A stretch of DNA of 64,000 nucleotides, from contig MCFH01000005.1 in assembly GCA_002104945.1 (NCBI GenBank), forward strand, positions 124,001 to 188,000. The letters are read 5' to 3'. Below, in pieces: positions 13,932 through 33,706 of the stretch; the stretch's first letter is position 1; the number at the start of each line of letters is the position of its first letter. The notes below the pieces were generated by a model that saw only the letters and a program-made list of their open reading frames with translations, did not search any database and was not told the DNA's origin. Origin of the DNA: Piromyces finnis finn (Eukaryota > Fungi > Neocallimastigomycota). The translations under genes were made by a program, and so were the position numbers.

Positions 13932-16343
13932 TACCTTTTGATATATAATTATATCATTTTTTGATTCATTAATGATTCTTATTGGCCATATTACAGATTT
14001 TATTAATGATATATAAACTGTAGCATTATTCAAAACAATACTTACTTTTATCAGATCTTCATGATTGCTATTCTTTTTTGTTAATTTTAAATAAAATGTT
14101 CCTATATTGTCAATATTTATAGGAGCTGTCCATTCATCATTATCTGAATTAGTTAAACGGAAACAAATATTCTTTTCTGAAACATCTTTAAATTTATCTA
14201 AACTGATAATAGAATTTTGATTAAGTTCACTTTCAATTTCACTTTCTACTTGTTTTATTCTTAATTTTTCATCTAGTTTATTTATAATAATATATCGAGG
14301 TGATATAGTAACCACTTTAATATTATGGTATTTTCCTTGACCTTCAGTAACATTAATTCCTAATTCAATTTTTCTATTGTTATTCATTGGAATATTAATA
14401 TCGTAAGAACTTCCAACTGCTTCAAAACTTATTGGCTTACTCAATTCTGAATCTGGAACTTTTAAAAGTACTCTATTAGATAAAGGATTAAATTGATTAT
14501 TAAATGAAAATAGATTTGGAATTAATTTTTTTATTGATTTTTTTAAAACAAGATTATTGGTATTAATTATTTTTCTTGTATTAACAATAATATCCAAATC
14601 TGTTTTATTATAAATAATATATGGGCACATTATTGAAACTTTCTTAGTTCCTGTTGTAAGCTTTGAATAGCAAATTTGAAGTTTCAATTCAAAACCATCC
14701 GAATTATATAATGTTATATATTTATCTATTGATCCAAATTTACTATCATTAATTATACTTATTTCCTTTTGTTGAAAATCAATATCAAAGATATTTATAC
14801 TTAATCCAAGAATACTATTTGTATTTAATTCATATATAGAATATGATTTTCCTGGATATATATATGATTTACAAATATCATTTTTACTCTTATCTTCTAA
14901 AACACAAAATTTTATTGAATATGGTAATAAATTTTCAATTTCTAGTGGAGGAACAATTGAATAAGTCATATTTAAATGCTCTTGTAATTTATTTTTACTA
15001 GTTTCGTTATATATTTTGAAATAAAACAAATTTTTAGTGCTACTACAATTTAGATATACAGTATTTGATGTTCTAAAATCATTCCAAATAAATGCTTCAT
15101 CACTCCAACTATATAGTTTATCTTTTTCGTCCTTTGGTTTAATTTTAATTTTTCCATTGTATGTATCCATAATTGGAATATAGAAATCTTCCATTGGTCC
15201 AATACTATATTGGGTTATTTTATTACCCATAATCAATATATCTAAATGCAAATTTGTTCTATTTTTTAAAATTGATGATGATCTAAAAGTTACATATTTA
15301 ACATTGTCAATTACTTTTATATCAACTACAAGTATATATATAATATCATTAACCATAGGTCTTAATAAATAAGATATCGTTTTTTCTTGATCAACTGGTA
15401 TTGATTTTATTGTTTCCCACATACTTGTATTAATTTGAATATTTAATTTATTTTCTATCACTTTTTCTCTTTCACGCATATTTCTCCAATCAGTAAATTT
15501 CAATTTCAATTCACCATTATTTGGAATTTCATTTAATGATATATCCAAATCCGCCTCTTTACTTTCTGTCCAAACTACAATATTACTACCTGTTCTATTT
15601 CTTAAAATATATGGATAAGTTTCTATCCTACGACTTTGAAGATCACGGTTCTTTTGATTATTTAATTTTGAATATGTATTAATTAAACTATTAATTGTAT
15701 CATGGCATAAATTAATATTTAATTTATCTTTAGCATTTAAATCACAATTTAGCTCTGAGTTAGAATCTTCTTTATATATATTAACATTAAATTTCCATGG
15801 TTCAACTAAAGGTTCCCAATGCGAACTTTTTATATTAAAAAAATTTAATTCAATGGGTAAGCACGTTTTAGCAATTAATGATGTTGACCAATTTTGGACA
15901 TTTAATTTAAATTCATCAATTTTCCCATCTATTGTTTGTATGTGAAGACCTTTTAAATCATCAATTAAAATAATATGAATACCCTTACAATATAGTTCTA
16001 ATTCTTCATGTTTCATTATTAGATTTGATGATATATTATTGTTTTCTATTTTTTTTGCATTAATCATTAAAATATTATCATTCACTGAAGAATCGTTTAA
16101 ATATGTTTTTGTTTTTTCGTATATTTTATTAAACAAAAGGAAATCCCAATAAGATATTCTTAATTCTAAAAAACTAAAATCCAATATTAGCTTTTTAAAT
16201 AAATGATCAGGTGATGGATTTTGAATATCAATAGTAACATTAATATTGAAATTTGATATTAATCTTAACGATGTAGATTCTTTTTCTTCAAATATACATA
16301 AAAAGGCGCCTTTAGTATAATAATAAATAAGAAAAAATAAGTA

Positions 16344-16431
<88 letters not shown>

Positions 16432-19400
16432 TATTTCTTCAACATATAATTTTGTAATTTCACTATCATCAATAATAATTTTTTTTGCAGATAAAACAAC
16501 AGCTTCAGTATCTCGTAACTCGTGATTTTCTAATAATGTTATTTCTGGATTATTTATTGAAACTATTAATTTTAATTTATCTTTTGTCTTAACATTACAA
16601 AAAATAAAATCATCTTCAAAAGTATTTTTATCAGAATCATTAATTTTATTTTTAATTCCAAATGGGATTTCATTCAATACATTTTCATGAATACTATCAA
16701 TTGAAACACCTAATGGATTAAAAAAGAAGCTTTTTAATTCAAATAATGTGTTTAAAGCAAATATAATTTTTGGATTATTGATTTCAACATTCAAATATGA
16801 GTTTTTACTGCTATCTCTTTTGAAATAAACATTTGCAAAAGGTTCATCTGATGATCGATCTGGTATTATCTCACGAAATACGCATTTATGGCTTAAACAT
16901 ATATCATTCATTGTAAAGGAAGTTATACCAATTTTAATATCTATATTATCATTACTTGACATAACTACATTAACTTGAGATTCACAAATTTGTAATGATG
17001 TATGACCAATATTTTTTAAATCTTCAATTCCATTACCATCACCTAAAAATATTTCTAGTTTAATTAATGGGACATTTAACTCCATATGAAACGTTTTTTT
17101 ATATGATAAATCAAAATTACTATTAGAAAAATCCGAACTTTTGGTCTTTAATATTTCGCAATTTATTGTTGGATTTAAATTTAAATTACTATGAGAAATT
17201 GATCTAATTAAATTATCTTCATTTTTAATATATGAATTATTTGTATTTAAACCATTAACTTTGGTAGTATTTTCGTCTGATTTGAATATTGTATGATAGA
17301 TTTCAAGTATGTGTAAATATTGTTTTTCTGTTAATTGGATTTTGATATCTGTTAAATTACTTATAATCTATTTATTATCAATTTTAAATTATATAATAAA
17401 AATTATTAATTTTATAATAATTATTATTTAATAATTAAGATCTATATAATAATCAAAATGCGTACCATGATTCTAGGAATATCATCATCTCTAATCAAAT
17501 CTCCAAGAGTGAAATTCAAATTAATATTGAAATCTTTTAATATCTGTAATACTTGCTCTTTATCACCAAAATAATAATAAGAAACTGCTTTCATTGAATT
17601 AATATCAACTGTGAATTTATTAGGTATTAATTTCAGATTTTCCATATTTTTACTATTATCAATGTTTTGAGTTGAAGAATCTAGTGATTCATTCCTCATA
17701 TTTATTTCACCTAAATATACAATTAAATGATCTTTTGATTGTAATGAACCCTTTGGAAATTCAATTATTGGTGTTTGAATGTCAATATCTACTACTATTT
17801 TACTTGTATTTTCTTTAATTTGAGATGCCGATTGTATTGCTTTATCTTTAGCAGCTTCATAAAGTTCCCTCATTTCATTAAAAAATTCACAAATATCATT
17901 AATTAAAGGATTTAAATGAGTATAATGAACAGAATCAGCTCTTAAATACAAGCTCATATCATATCCTGGATAATTTTCTTTATCATATGGGTCGTATTTT
18001 ATATATTTAAAATCTAAAGCTTTATTACCTTTTGTACTTAATAATTGATAATAGTGTCTACCATTTTCAACTCTTTTAACATTATCTACTATTAATATAT
18101 CTTCTAATTGACCAGTAACATATAATTTCCTTTGTTGAGTATATATCATAATTTCTCCTGTATGTATATTACATGTTAATATTCTAAATTTCCCATTATT
18201 AGCAATTAAATTAACACCTTTCATATTTATTCCAATAAGAATTGTATTGATATCATCATCCTTTGAATTAGTATTTGAATTAAAAACAATTTCACTTTGA
18301 TTATTATTATCATCATTATTATTATTAACAAAAGTTTTCATTATAAAATCATATATTTCCATTACATTACTATTTGATATAAATAAATCTAATGCAGCTA
18401 AATTAAAGTCAATTCTTCTTCCAATACCACGGTATTCTGGAGAATTTTTATTTACATCGAAATATTCAATTAATATTAATGACTTTTCTCTACTTTTTGG
18501 TGAATTACTTTTAGGTTCAGATGCCACTAAAATTTTTCTAAATTCAGAATTTAATTCTTGAGCATTATCTTCAACAAAAATATTTTCTATTTTAGTAATA
18601 ATTTTTGTATCAAATAAACGTTTTATTAAAACAAAGTTTGTATTTAAAAGGACCATATTTGCTATAATTTTATCCATATTTGTATTTTTTTCGTATTTCC
18701 CAACTTTTGCAATAATTTCTTTTATATTAAAATTAAATTCTAAATCAGATATTGAAAAAAGTTCTATTTCATTTTTTAAATTTTCATTGTTTTCTTCTTT
18801 TGCATCAAAAAATTCATCATCATCAGTTATTTTTGAATATATATCGTCTGAAAGAATATCAAGAAAAGATGGTTTTACTAATGAATGATTTTCTATAGTT
18901 GTAATATCATCTCTACTAAATAATGATATTACATTCGATATTGTATTCTATTTTAATTTATTTACATTATAAAATATTTATTGTTAATTTTTATTAATTT
19001 TATATAATTAATTTGATTATAAAATAAAATAATTACCATAAAAATTAAATACTTTTCATCAGTAAAATTTAATACTAATTTAGGTAATGTTCCATTGATT
19101 TTACATTGAGGAGAATCTGTATTGTTTTTTGGTAAAATACAATTTTCAAAAAGTAAAGAAATATTTGTTTTTTCAATGATATCATATTTTGATAATGTAG
19201 AATTTGATAAAATATCTTGTTCATAGTTATCAAGAGAACTACCTGCAAGAATCTATAATTAATTAAATCATTTATAATTTATTACTTTTTTACAATTATA
19301 TAAATATATATATTTAAAGTTTACTTGAACAGAATTTAAATCTATTGAAAATTTATCATATAACAATGAATTCAACGTTCTTTCCTCTTCAATAGTTAAT

Positions 19401-22400
19401 CTTTGACCTATTTTATTTTGTAAATATTCCTTTTTTTCTTTATCTATCATTTCGCTTTTAATAATTAATTTACCAGCATCAACAATTAAAAATTCTGTAG
19501 TATTTCTATTAATTATATTTAAATAATTTAAATTAAATAAGGATAAATTATTATTATTACTATTATTATTATTATAAATAATAAAATAAATAATAAATGT
19601 CATACCTTTGCCTAAATAAAAAAATAGGAGCTTCAGCATCAATTTTTAGATCAAATATTTTTCGTGTCATTAATAAATAATCTAAACCGGCTCTTGTTTG
19701 AGATTTGATTTTTTCAAATGTGGTTTCTGCAGCATTCTATTATATACCAATAATAATAAGTAATCAATCAATCAATTATTAATTTTTATTACTTACCTTA
19801 ACTGAAATCAACGTTTCTGGTTGAATTGTTGGTCTTGTAACAAATTTAATAAGATTATCAATTATTTCATAATTATAATTTACTTCTAATGGTTTCATCT
19901 GAATATCTAATGAATAATCTATATTTTTATCAATTGGGTTGTTTTCAAAAGTAACATTTAAGAATGGCTTTATAATTTCATCGTTTTTATTTCTATAATA
20001 AATGACAATATATATAATTTAATAAATTAATAACTTAATTATCACATATATATACTATATGATAATTTTAATATTACTCTTCAATAATATTTTTTGTATT
20101 TTGAGCCTTTATTAATTCCGAGAATTTTGAATTATTATCAATTTCATCTTTTAATATAAAATCACTAATTTTAATATTAGCTTTTAAAGATGTTGGTCTT
20201 TTAATAAAATCTAATATGCAATTATCAATATTTGAATATAAAATTGAAATAGGATTTTTGCTATGTGGTTGCTGAATAAATGTTAATGAACCTCTTTTTA
20301 GGTTAAATATAAGATTGAACATAATAAACTATTTTATTTAAAAATAATAAATTTAATAATTAATATATTTAAGTTTTTTTTAAAAAAAAATTTATATTAC
20401 TATTAATAATAAATATATATAATGGATTTACATCTAATGGCAAGTCTTCTTTTCTTAACTCAAAATTTGGATCAAAATCAATAGCTTTATATATCATTCT
20501 AAGATCTTCATCAGTAACAATTTGATTTTCCTATTATTTAACAACAATAATAAAAACATAAATTTATGTATATTTTATATAAAAATATAAAATAAAAATA
20601 TTTCACTTACCTCATGAGAACCATTCTCTTCTTTATTCCACCAGCTTTTTAACCAGCTTTTTCTTTGTATATTCTCTTGTTGTGACTTTGGCTTAACTAG
20701 ATAATTATTATTATTATGATTATTATATTTTATATTATTATTGAAGTTAAATTTTTTACTTTTTTTATCATTGAATATATAAGAAAAAAACTTTCAAAAA
20801 TATGTATACCTATATTATTTGTTTTGAGGATACTTTTGGTCAGATTTCTATAATATTTAATATCTTCAAATGGCAATTTTTTTTCTAATTCTTTTAATTC
20901 ATCTTGTATCTTTTTATTGTTTTAATATATTAATGTTTAATCATAGAAATATATATACATAATGTTTTTGTCATATATATTATACTATATTTACATTTTG
21001 GTTTGTAGTCCCTAATAATATTTGCTGATATAATTTTATATATAAATGTCTATTATCTCTTCTTTTTTTAAAAAACTCCCAAGATGATTTATAATTTTTT
21101 TCATGTATTTCATAAAGTACACACTTTCCTTTTAATTTTAAATAAAATGGTTTAAAATTATATAATTATTAATTATTTTATTAAATATAAATAAAGATAT
21201 TTTTAAAAAGACTATACCAAAATATTGAAACCATTGACGAGGATGTGTTTTAGGGGTCATTGATTGTGGAGGTCTAAATTTACGATACTACATTTTATAA
21301 ATATAATAAATAGTAAATAAATGATTATAATAAATTTATTACAATAATATATATATATATACTTTTTCAGACTTTTTAAAATTTGAAAAATTATCAATCA
21401 ATAGCCAAATATTTTGATACTGTTCTTCGTCAATAATCAAACCAAATTCATCAAGAACAATGTCAATTTTTGTCATTAATCGTTTTACATTTGTATTTTT
21501 ATTCATAATAAGCTTTATATTATATAGACATAAAAATTAATAATTATAATAATAATAAATAAATATCTAATATTATGTTTGAATATAAATAATGAAATAC
21601 CTTTCCTGTTCCAGAAACCGGTTTTAAGATAAATTGAATTGGAGAACTTAAATCGATTTTCTTTTACAAACAAATATATTATAACAATGATATTTATTAA
21701 TTGTTTAAATCTATATTCTAAAATAAATATATATAGTTACCATCATTTCAAAGAAATCGTATGAGGATTTATTTGAAAACAATTCTGAATTTGTATTCCA
21801 ATAGATAGATAATCCCTCTAAGTTTAATAACTTTATATATTGAAATATTTTATAAGAATTAATACTTTATTATCACTTAAAAATAAAAAATTGAAAAAAG
21901 ATTTTTTTTTTTTTTTTTTTTTTTTTTCAGTTTATTAATAAAAAATAGTTATATTTTAAAACTTACTTTATATGTTGTATTACTCTCTTTAACAAACTCT
22001 TTCTCCCATTCTTCATTACTTGAACAAGCTGTAAGTTGGGAAATTGTTACACCAATAGAAAATGGTGACTAATTAAAAATGATATTAATATTATTACTAT
22101 TTTATATATAATTAAAATATATAATCTTTATAATTAAATTCTTTTACTTTTGGATTGCTTTTTTGATCTTCATATCTAATGTGTATATTATTTATAGAGA
22201 TTTGTAAATTATCAATAATCTTTGCCATTAATTGTGTCATATATGTTTCTTGTTTATCTAGTTAATTAACATCATTTTACAATTTAAATTTTGCTTAATT
22301 TATGAAATGAAATATTAAGCAAATCTAAATTTAAGTTTATCTTTACCATTATCATTTAATTCTATTTCTTCCAATTCCATTTTTTGTATTTTTTGCAATT

Positions 22401-23006
22401 TATTATGAATGAGTTCTTTTTCTTCTAATTCCTTATTATACTATATAAAAATATTATTAATACTTATAAAGTTAAGTTATAAATTATTTGTTTTAAAATA
22501 ATTTACATCATTTTCTGCCTTTGGAATTGCTAATAGTAAGACATTCTTAATATTTAGATTTACTGGGGTATTCTTGAAATCAGACCATGAAAAATTAAGT
22601 ACTAATTCACCAAGATATCCTTTATTAAATAATAATTTCAATATTAATTATTACTATTGTTAATTTATTTACTATATATTAAATGTTAATATATAACAAT
22701 ACAACCTTCAAGAACATCTATTGGTAAATTCAATTGCCTTAATGCATCCTTCCTTAATTTTAAATTTTGTAAAACGACGTCACCTTATTGTTTTAATAAT
22801 ATAAACATTAAATTGATATTCATAAAAATAATAATATTAATAGATTTAATTTAATTTAATATCCTTTTAAATTACATTTATTCTGTATTAAATAATTTTA
22901 AAAAGAAACCTTTCCAAACTGATATTGATAATTGATTTGTATCAAGATTATCGACATATTTTCCGAGTAATTTATTTAATAATGAAATAACTATTCCCTC
23001 AAACAT
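11059..23006 (-). CDS. VPS13: Vacuolar protein sorting 13 (VPS13/chorein) bridge-like lipid transfer protein, roughly 30 exons, ~3,000 aa
   Basis: Starts MFEGIVISLLNKLLGKYVDNLDTNQLSISVWKG (Chorein-N). Internal NWSTSL...INFFNIKSSHWEPLVEPW and YPYILRNRTG segments; C-terminal VKYLQIDNQL...[31 protein letters not shown] and GVFDLASNVTEG. Terminal exon ends EKLRLIK-TAG at 11059. Confidence 0.95.
13804..13930. repeat. (TTA/AAT)n microsatellite in a VPS13 intron
   Basis: Lies between the donor after IYQK (~13934) and the acceptor at ~13776. Explains the spurious poly-N/poly-I tail of the ORF-track entry. Confidence 0.9.
16344..16429. repeat. (TTA/AAT)n microsatellite in a VPS13 intron
   Basis: Begins at the donor after VEEIG; the frame resumes as GAFLCIFEEK after the acceptor at ~16310. 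Confidence 0.9.
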
Positions 23007-23848
23007 TAAATCAATTTTTATACAAATTTTAAATATTGAAGTTACTAATATATAATTTTAATGTAATTATTATATATATTAACCATTAATATGATAAAAT
23101 ATATATATTTGACATTAATTTCTAAGATTATAAAATATGCGATGAAAGTAATTAATAGTTTTTAATTATAAAAAAAAAAAAAAAAATAAAAAAAAAGAGA
23201 GAGAGAGAGAAAGTAATTTAATTAAATTTATAAAGAAGTAATTTATTAAGTTATAATATCTTTCTCTATATTTAATATTTTTAATTTGAATACATAAAAT
23301 TTTTGAAATTATAAATGTGATAGTTTTTTAATTAGTACATATATTATTAAATGAATTATTTAATAATATATATCTTTGATTTATGCTTCACCAAATTATT
23401 TAAAAATGAATGAATAATAAATGTGGATTAATTGTAATTAATAAGTTTTGCTTTATATTAAAATATGAATATAATTATTTCTGAAACCATACTACTTTAA
23501 AATAATATATTTAAAATTTAAAACTGTTGATAATATAATTTTATTCAATATTTTTTATGTTTAGAAGTTTAAATATTAAATATATTTAATTACCAATGAA
23601 TAAATTCTTTTAATTATATTGTTTTACATTATTGAATATTATTTAATATTTTATTAAAATCTTTGAAAAGAGATTTTATAATTCTAATTAAAACTAACCT
23701 TTAATTTTAGTTTATCGGAGTAAAATATAAAAAATAAAAAATTTTTCAAAGTATAAAAGGTTAATATTGATATTTATCTTTCTTAAATTTTAAAAGCAAA
23801 AAGGATTAATATATATATATATAAAAGAAAAGAAAGAAAAAAAGCACA

Positions 23849-24853
23849 ATGCCACCAAAAATTGCGAAAACAAAAACAACCAAAAAAAAAAAGGGCTCGA
23901 AGAAAAAAAAAAGCCTAAAACAAAAATCACCAGAAGAATTAGATTGCTTTGAACAATTAACTAAAGCCAATGTGACAAATAAAACTTTATTACTCGAGCT
24001 TGGTAATTTTTTTTTTAATTTTATAATATTTAATTTATTTAAAAATTTTAACACTGTATAAATTAGGTGATAAAAAAAACCAAAATGTAAAATTGATTGA
24101 TAAATGCAAACTTCAAGATGCTGAAATGAATGAATTAAAACAACAACTTATTAATAATGATATTGATAAGTATTCCATTACTTCAGGTATTAATTTTATT
24201 TATTCAACTATCCAAACAATGTTAATTTCTTTATGTTTATTTCTCTATTTAAAATTGCTGATATGAAACCAAATTAATAATAATAAAAATAATAATCTTA
24301 TAATCATTAAAGATATGAACAAACAATATAGGCAATTACAAAATGATATGATTTTGAAAATAAAAATGCTTGAAGCCAAAGTTTGTGAATTACAAAACCA
24401 ATTAAGTATATATTAAAATTAATTTCATTAAACAAATTAAATGTATTATAATAATAATCACTAATATTATATTATATTAGATATTACAAAGCTGGCTTTA
24501 CAAGAATCAGCAAAAGAACATGCAAGAATTATTGCTGAAAAAGATAGTCTTATTGAAGATCAAAATGTAAAAATGACATATTTATCTTCTGAATTTGAAA
24601 CAATGTTAAATGTAATAAATTAAATATTTATTTTATGCTTAATTAGTGAATAATATAAAAATATATATATTTTAATTTTTATAAAAAATTCTAAATTTTT
24701 CAATATTTTATTTATTTATTTTTAAAGGAAACTGTTACAAGAATGACCAATAAATTAGAAATAGTAACAAGTAAATGGAAAGACGATATTCATTTATCTG
24801 AAATTAATCAAAGACGACTTGCTGATTTCCATATTACAACAGATAAAATATAA
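23849..24853 (+). CDS. CCDC153: Coiled-coil domain protein 153 / dynein regulatory complex subunit 12-like, 5 exons
   Basis: Spliced product: MPPKIAKTKTTKKKKGSKKKK...DMNKQYRQLQNDMILKIKMLEAKV...AEKDSLIEDQNVKMTYLSSEFETMLNETVTRMTNKL...KWKDDIHLSEINQRRLADF. This matches the MPPK/K-rich start and the 'MSRQY..Q', 'Y..IL...L' and 'W' pattern I recall for CCDC153/DRC12. Confidence 0.7.
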
Positions 24854-25160
24854 TTTATTTTTATATTAATATTAATTTTATATATAATTATTAATTCTAT
24901 TAAAATTTTAAAATTATTGTTAATTAACTTTAATAAATAAAAAATAATAAGATTTTTATATATTAGTTAAATATTATTACTACTATTATTCCATGCTGCT
25001 TTTATTAATATTATTTTTATTATATTTATCTTAAATATTTATACTTTATTAATATACTATTTTTAAATTAACAAAATATATATTATTTTTGATATTTGTA
25101 TTAAAAAGAAAAATATATATTCTTAAATTTTTAAAAACTAAAATAAAAAACTTATTAATT

Positions 25161-26951
25161 TTATTTTGTTTTTTGTTTTTTTGCTGTATTTCCTTCTTCT
25201 TGTTGAGCTTTTTTTGCATCTAAAACATCTTTTCTTAAATTTTCATTTGTCATATATTTACTAATATCGACATTTTCACCTATTTATTAAATATATTTAT
25301 TATACGCTTATTAATGCTTTATTTCATTTTGTTAATATATTTGAATTATAATTATATTTACAATCTTCAGTATTTTCAAAGAATTTCAATTCTTCTTTAT
25401 CAACGTATTCAATTGGTGATAACTAATTATTTATATTATAAATATATATATATATTAGAATGGGAATTATAATAGTATTAATATTTCTTTATGTATATAT
25501 AATATTTACTCTTGAAATAATTGTAATTAAATCTTTTGTATTTTCATCAACAAAGTTAGTAATCCATAATCTTCCTTTATTATCGAAAGCAATATCTAAT
25601 ATCAAGTTTTCAGTAATAATTGTACTTTTAATATTTAGTTTATTATCTTTAATATCAAAGAAAAAAACTGCTGGTAATCTATTTTAAAATTATATTATGT
25701 ATATAATTATACATATTAATATAAATTTATTTTATCATTTTAAATTTAGTTATTAATTTTTTTATACTTTTCAAAACAAACAGCTATTAGATTTTCTTCT
25801 GAATAACTAGTAATTTCTTTTACATTATAAGTTTCAATTGAATTTAAATTATTATTCTATAATAATGAATATATAAGAGAAATTTATCAATTATTAAAAT
25901 TATTAATTATAATTTTTAAAATTTTTACTTTTTTTTACCTTTATTGTATCTTCTATTAAAGTTTTAATATCAATTTTTTGAATAACTTTAGCATTAACAT
26001 AATCCCATAAAAATAAATAATCATCACCTCCACCAGATAATAATAAGGATTCATTATTTGGTATAAAACACATTTTTGAAATGTATCTAATTAAATTTTT
26101 ATAATATTTTTATTTTATTATATAAATTTATGTTATAAAGTATAATATTTATAATATCAAATTTACTCTTTATGGCCAAAACAGAAATTTTTAATAATGT
26201 AAGTTTTAGGATATTTAGTAACTCTAATCTTTTCATCTCTATCCGAAGTTAAAATATATTTTTCATCTCTTGACAATAAAATATCAGTTAACATTGATAC
26301 ATGTCCCATCATTAATTTACCATTTTCTTCGGAATCAATAATGGAATAACTATATATATATTTATATCATTTATTTATTATTTTAAATTAATATTTACTT
26401 TTATATAAAGGAAAATTATGGTATTCATTTTTAAAATTTACCGATATACATCTCCAAAACCATCGGCAACCAAAACATTTTTTCCATTGTTTTCAAAAAC
26501 AAGTGAATTAACTTTTTTTGGTGTATTTCTTTTATGAAAATTAAATATTAAATATAATTATTAAATATTATTTATTACATTAAATTATAACAACAAGAGT
26601 AAAAAAGATATTTCTTATGTACTTTGCTAATAAACATTTTCCAGTATTTACATCCCAAAATTTCAAATTTTTATCATCCGATGCTACTGCTAAAATTGAG
26701 GCATCGTTATTAAAATTAATTGATCTTATACTTGTTTTCTTAACCTCATCTTGGTTTATTTCTATAGTTTTATCAGTACTATTAATTAAATAAAAACCAT
26801 AATATTAATATTTAATTATTAATTTAATTTTCTTAAAAACATATTTAAAAAATAAATATAATTACTTTAAATTTTTTATTTTAATTTTGTTTTTATATGC
26901 AGCTGCTATGCAACCATTTGTACTTTTAATTAAGTGATATGGAGCTTTCAT
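25161..26951 (-). CDS. TRM82: tRNA (guanine-N7)-methyltransferase non-catalytic WD40 subunit (Trm82/WDR4)
   Basis: Signature [54 protein letters not shown]...LLSGGGDDYLFLWD. ATG at 26951 (MKAPYH); stop at 25161. Confidence 0.92.
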
Positions 26952-27346
26952 TTTTAATAGATTTATAGTAATATTAATCTTTTAAAATGCTTCATAAATA
27001 TATTTTATTTTTTTTTTTAAATATTAATATGATGTTAGTTAAAACCAATCATAATAATGGTGAATATAAATTAATGTATTAATAGTTACATTGTTATTAC
27101 AATACATTTTATATTTTGTATGTAATTAAAATTTATAAAGTTTAAAAATTAGTTTCAATTTTTTATTTAAAAGAATGAAATTCAAATTTTAGGTAGGAAA
27201 ATTACATTTATTTCTATAAATTAAATAAAATGTTTAATAATTATATTTATAATATTTAAATTATATAGTCTAACTAAATTTATTAATATTTTAATTAATA
27301 TTAACAAAAATTAAAGGATTGAATTATCATTAAAAATCTTTTTCTA

Positions 27347-33392
<6,046 letters not shown>

Positions 33393-33706
33393 AAACTATA
33401 TTATAAATATTTATTATTTTATTTATTATTTGATAATTAAGATAATAAATATGATTTAATTTATAATAAATATTCTCTAATTAAAACCTATTAAAACATT
33501 GGAAGTTTAATTATAATAGTTATTTTAATAATAATAATAACAAAAATAATAATAAAAATTTTTAATAACTCTTAAAATAATGATATATGAATTTTAATTT
33601 TTGTATAATATAAATTTTTATATTATTTTATAAGACATTATCATATATATATATATGATAAATAATATTTAATGGTTTATTATTTTATATATTAATTAAA
33701 ACTAGA

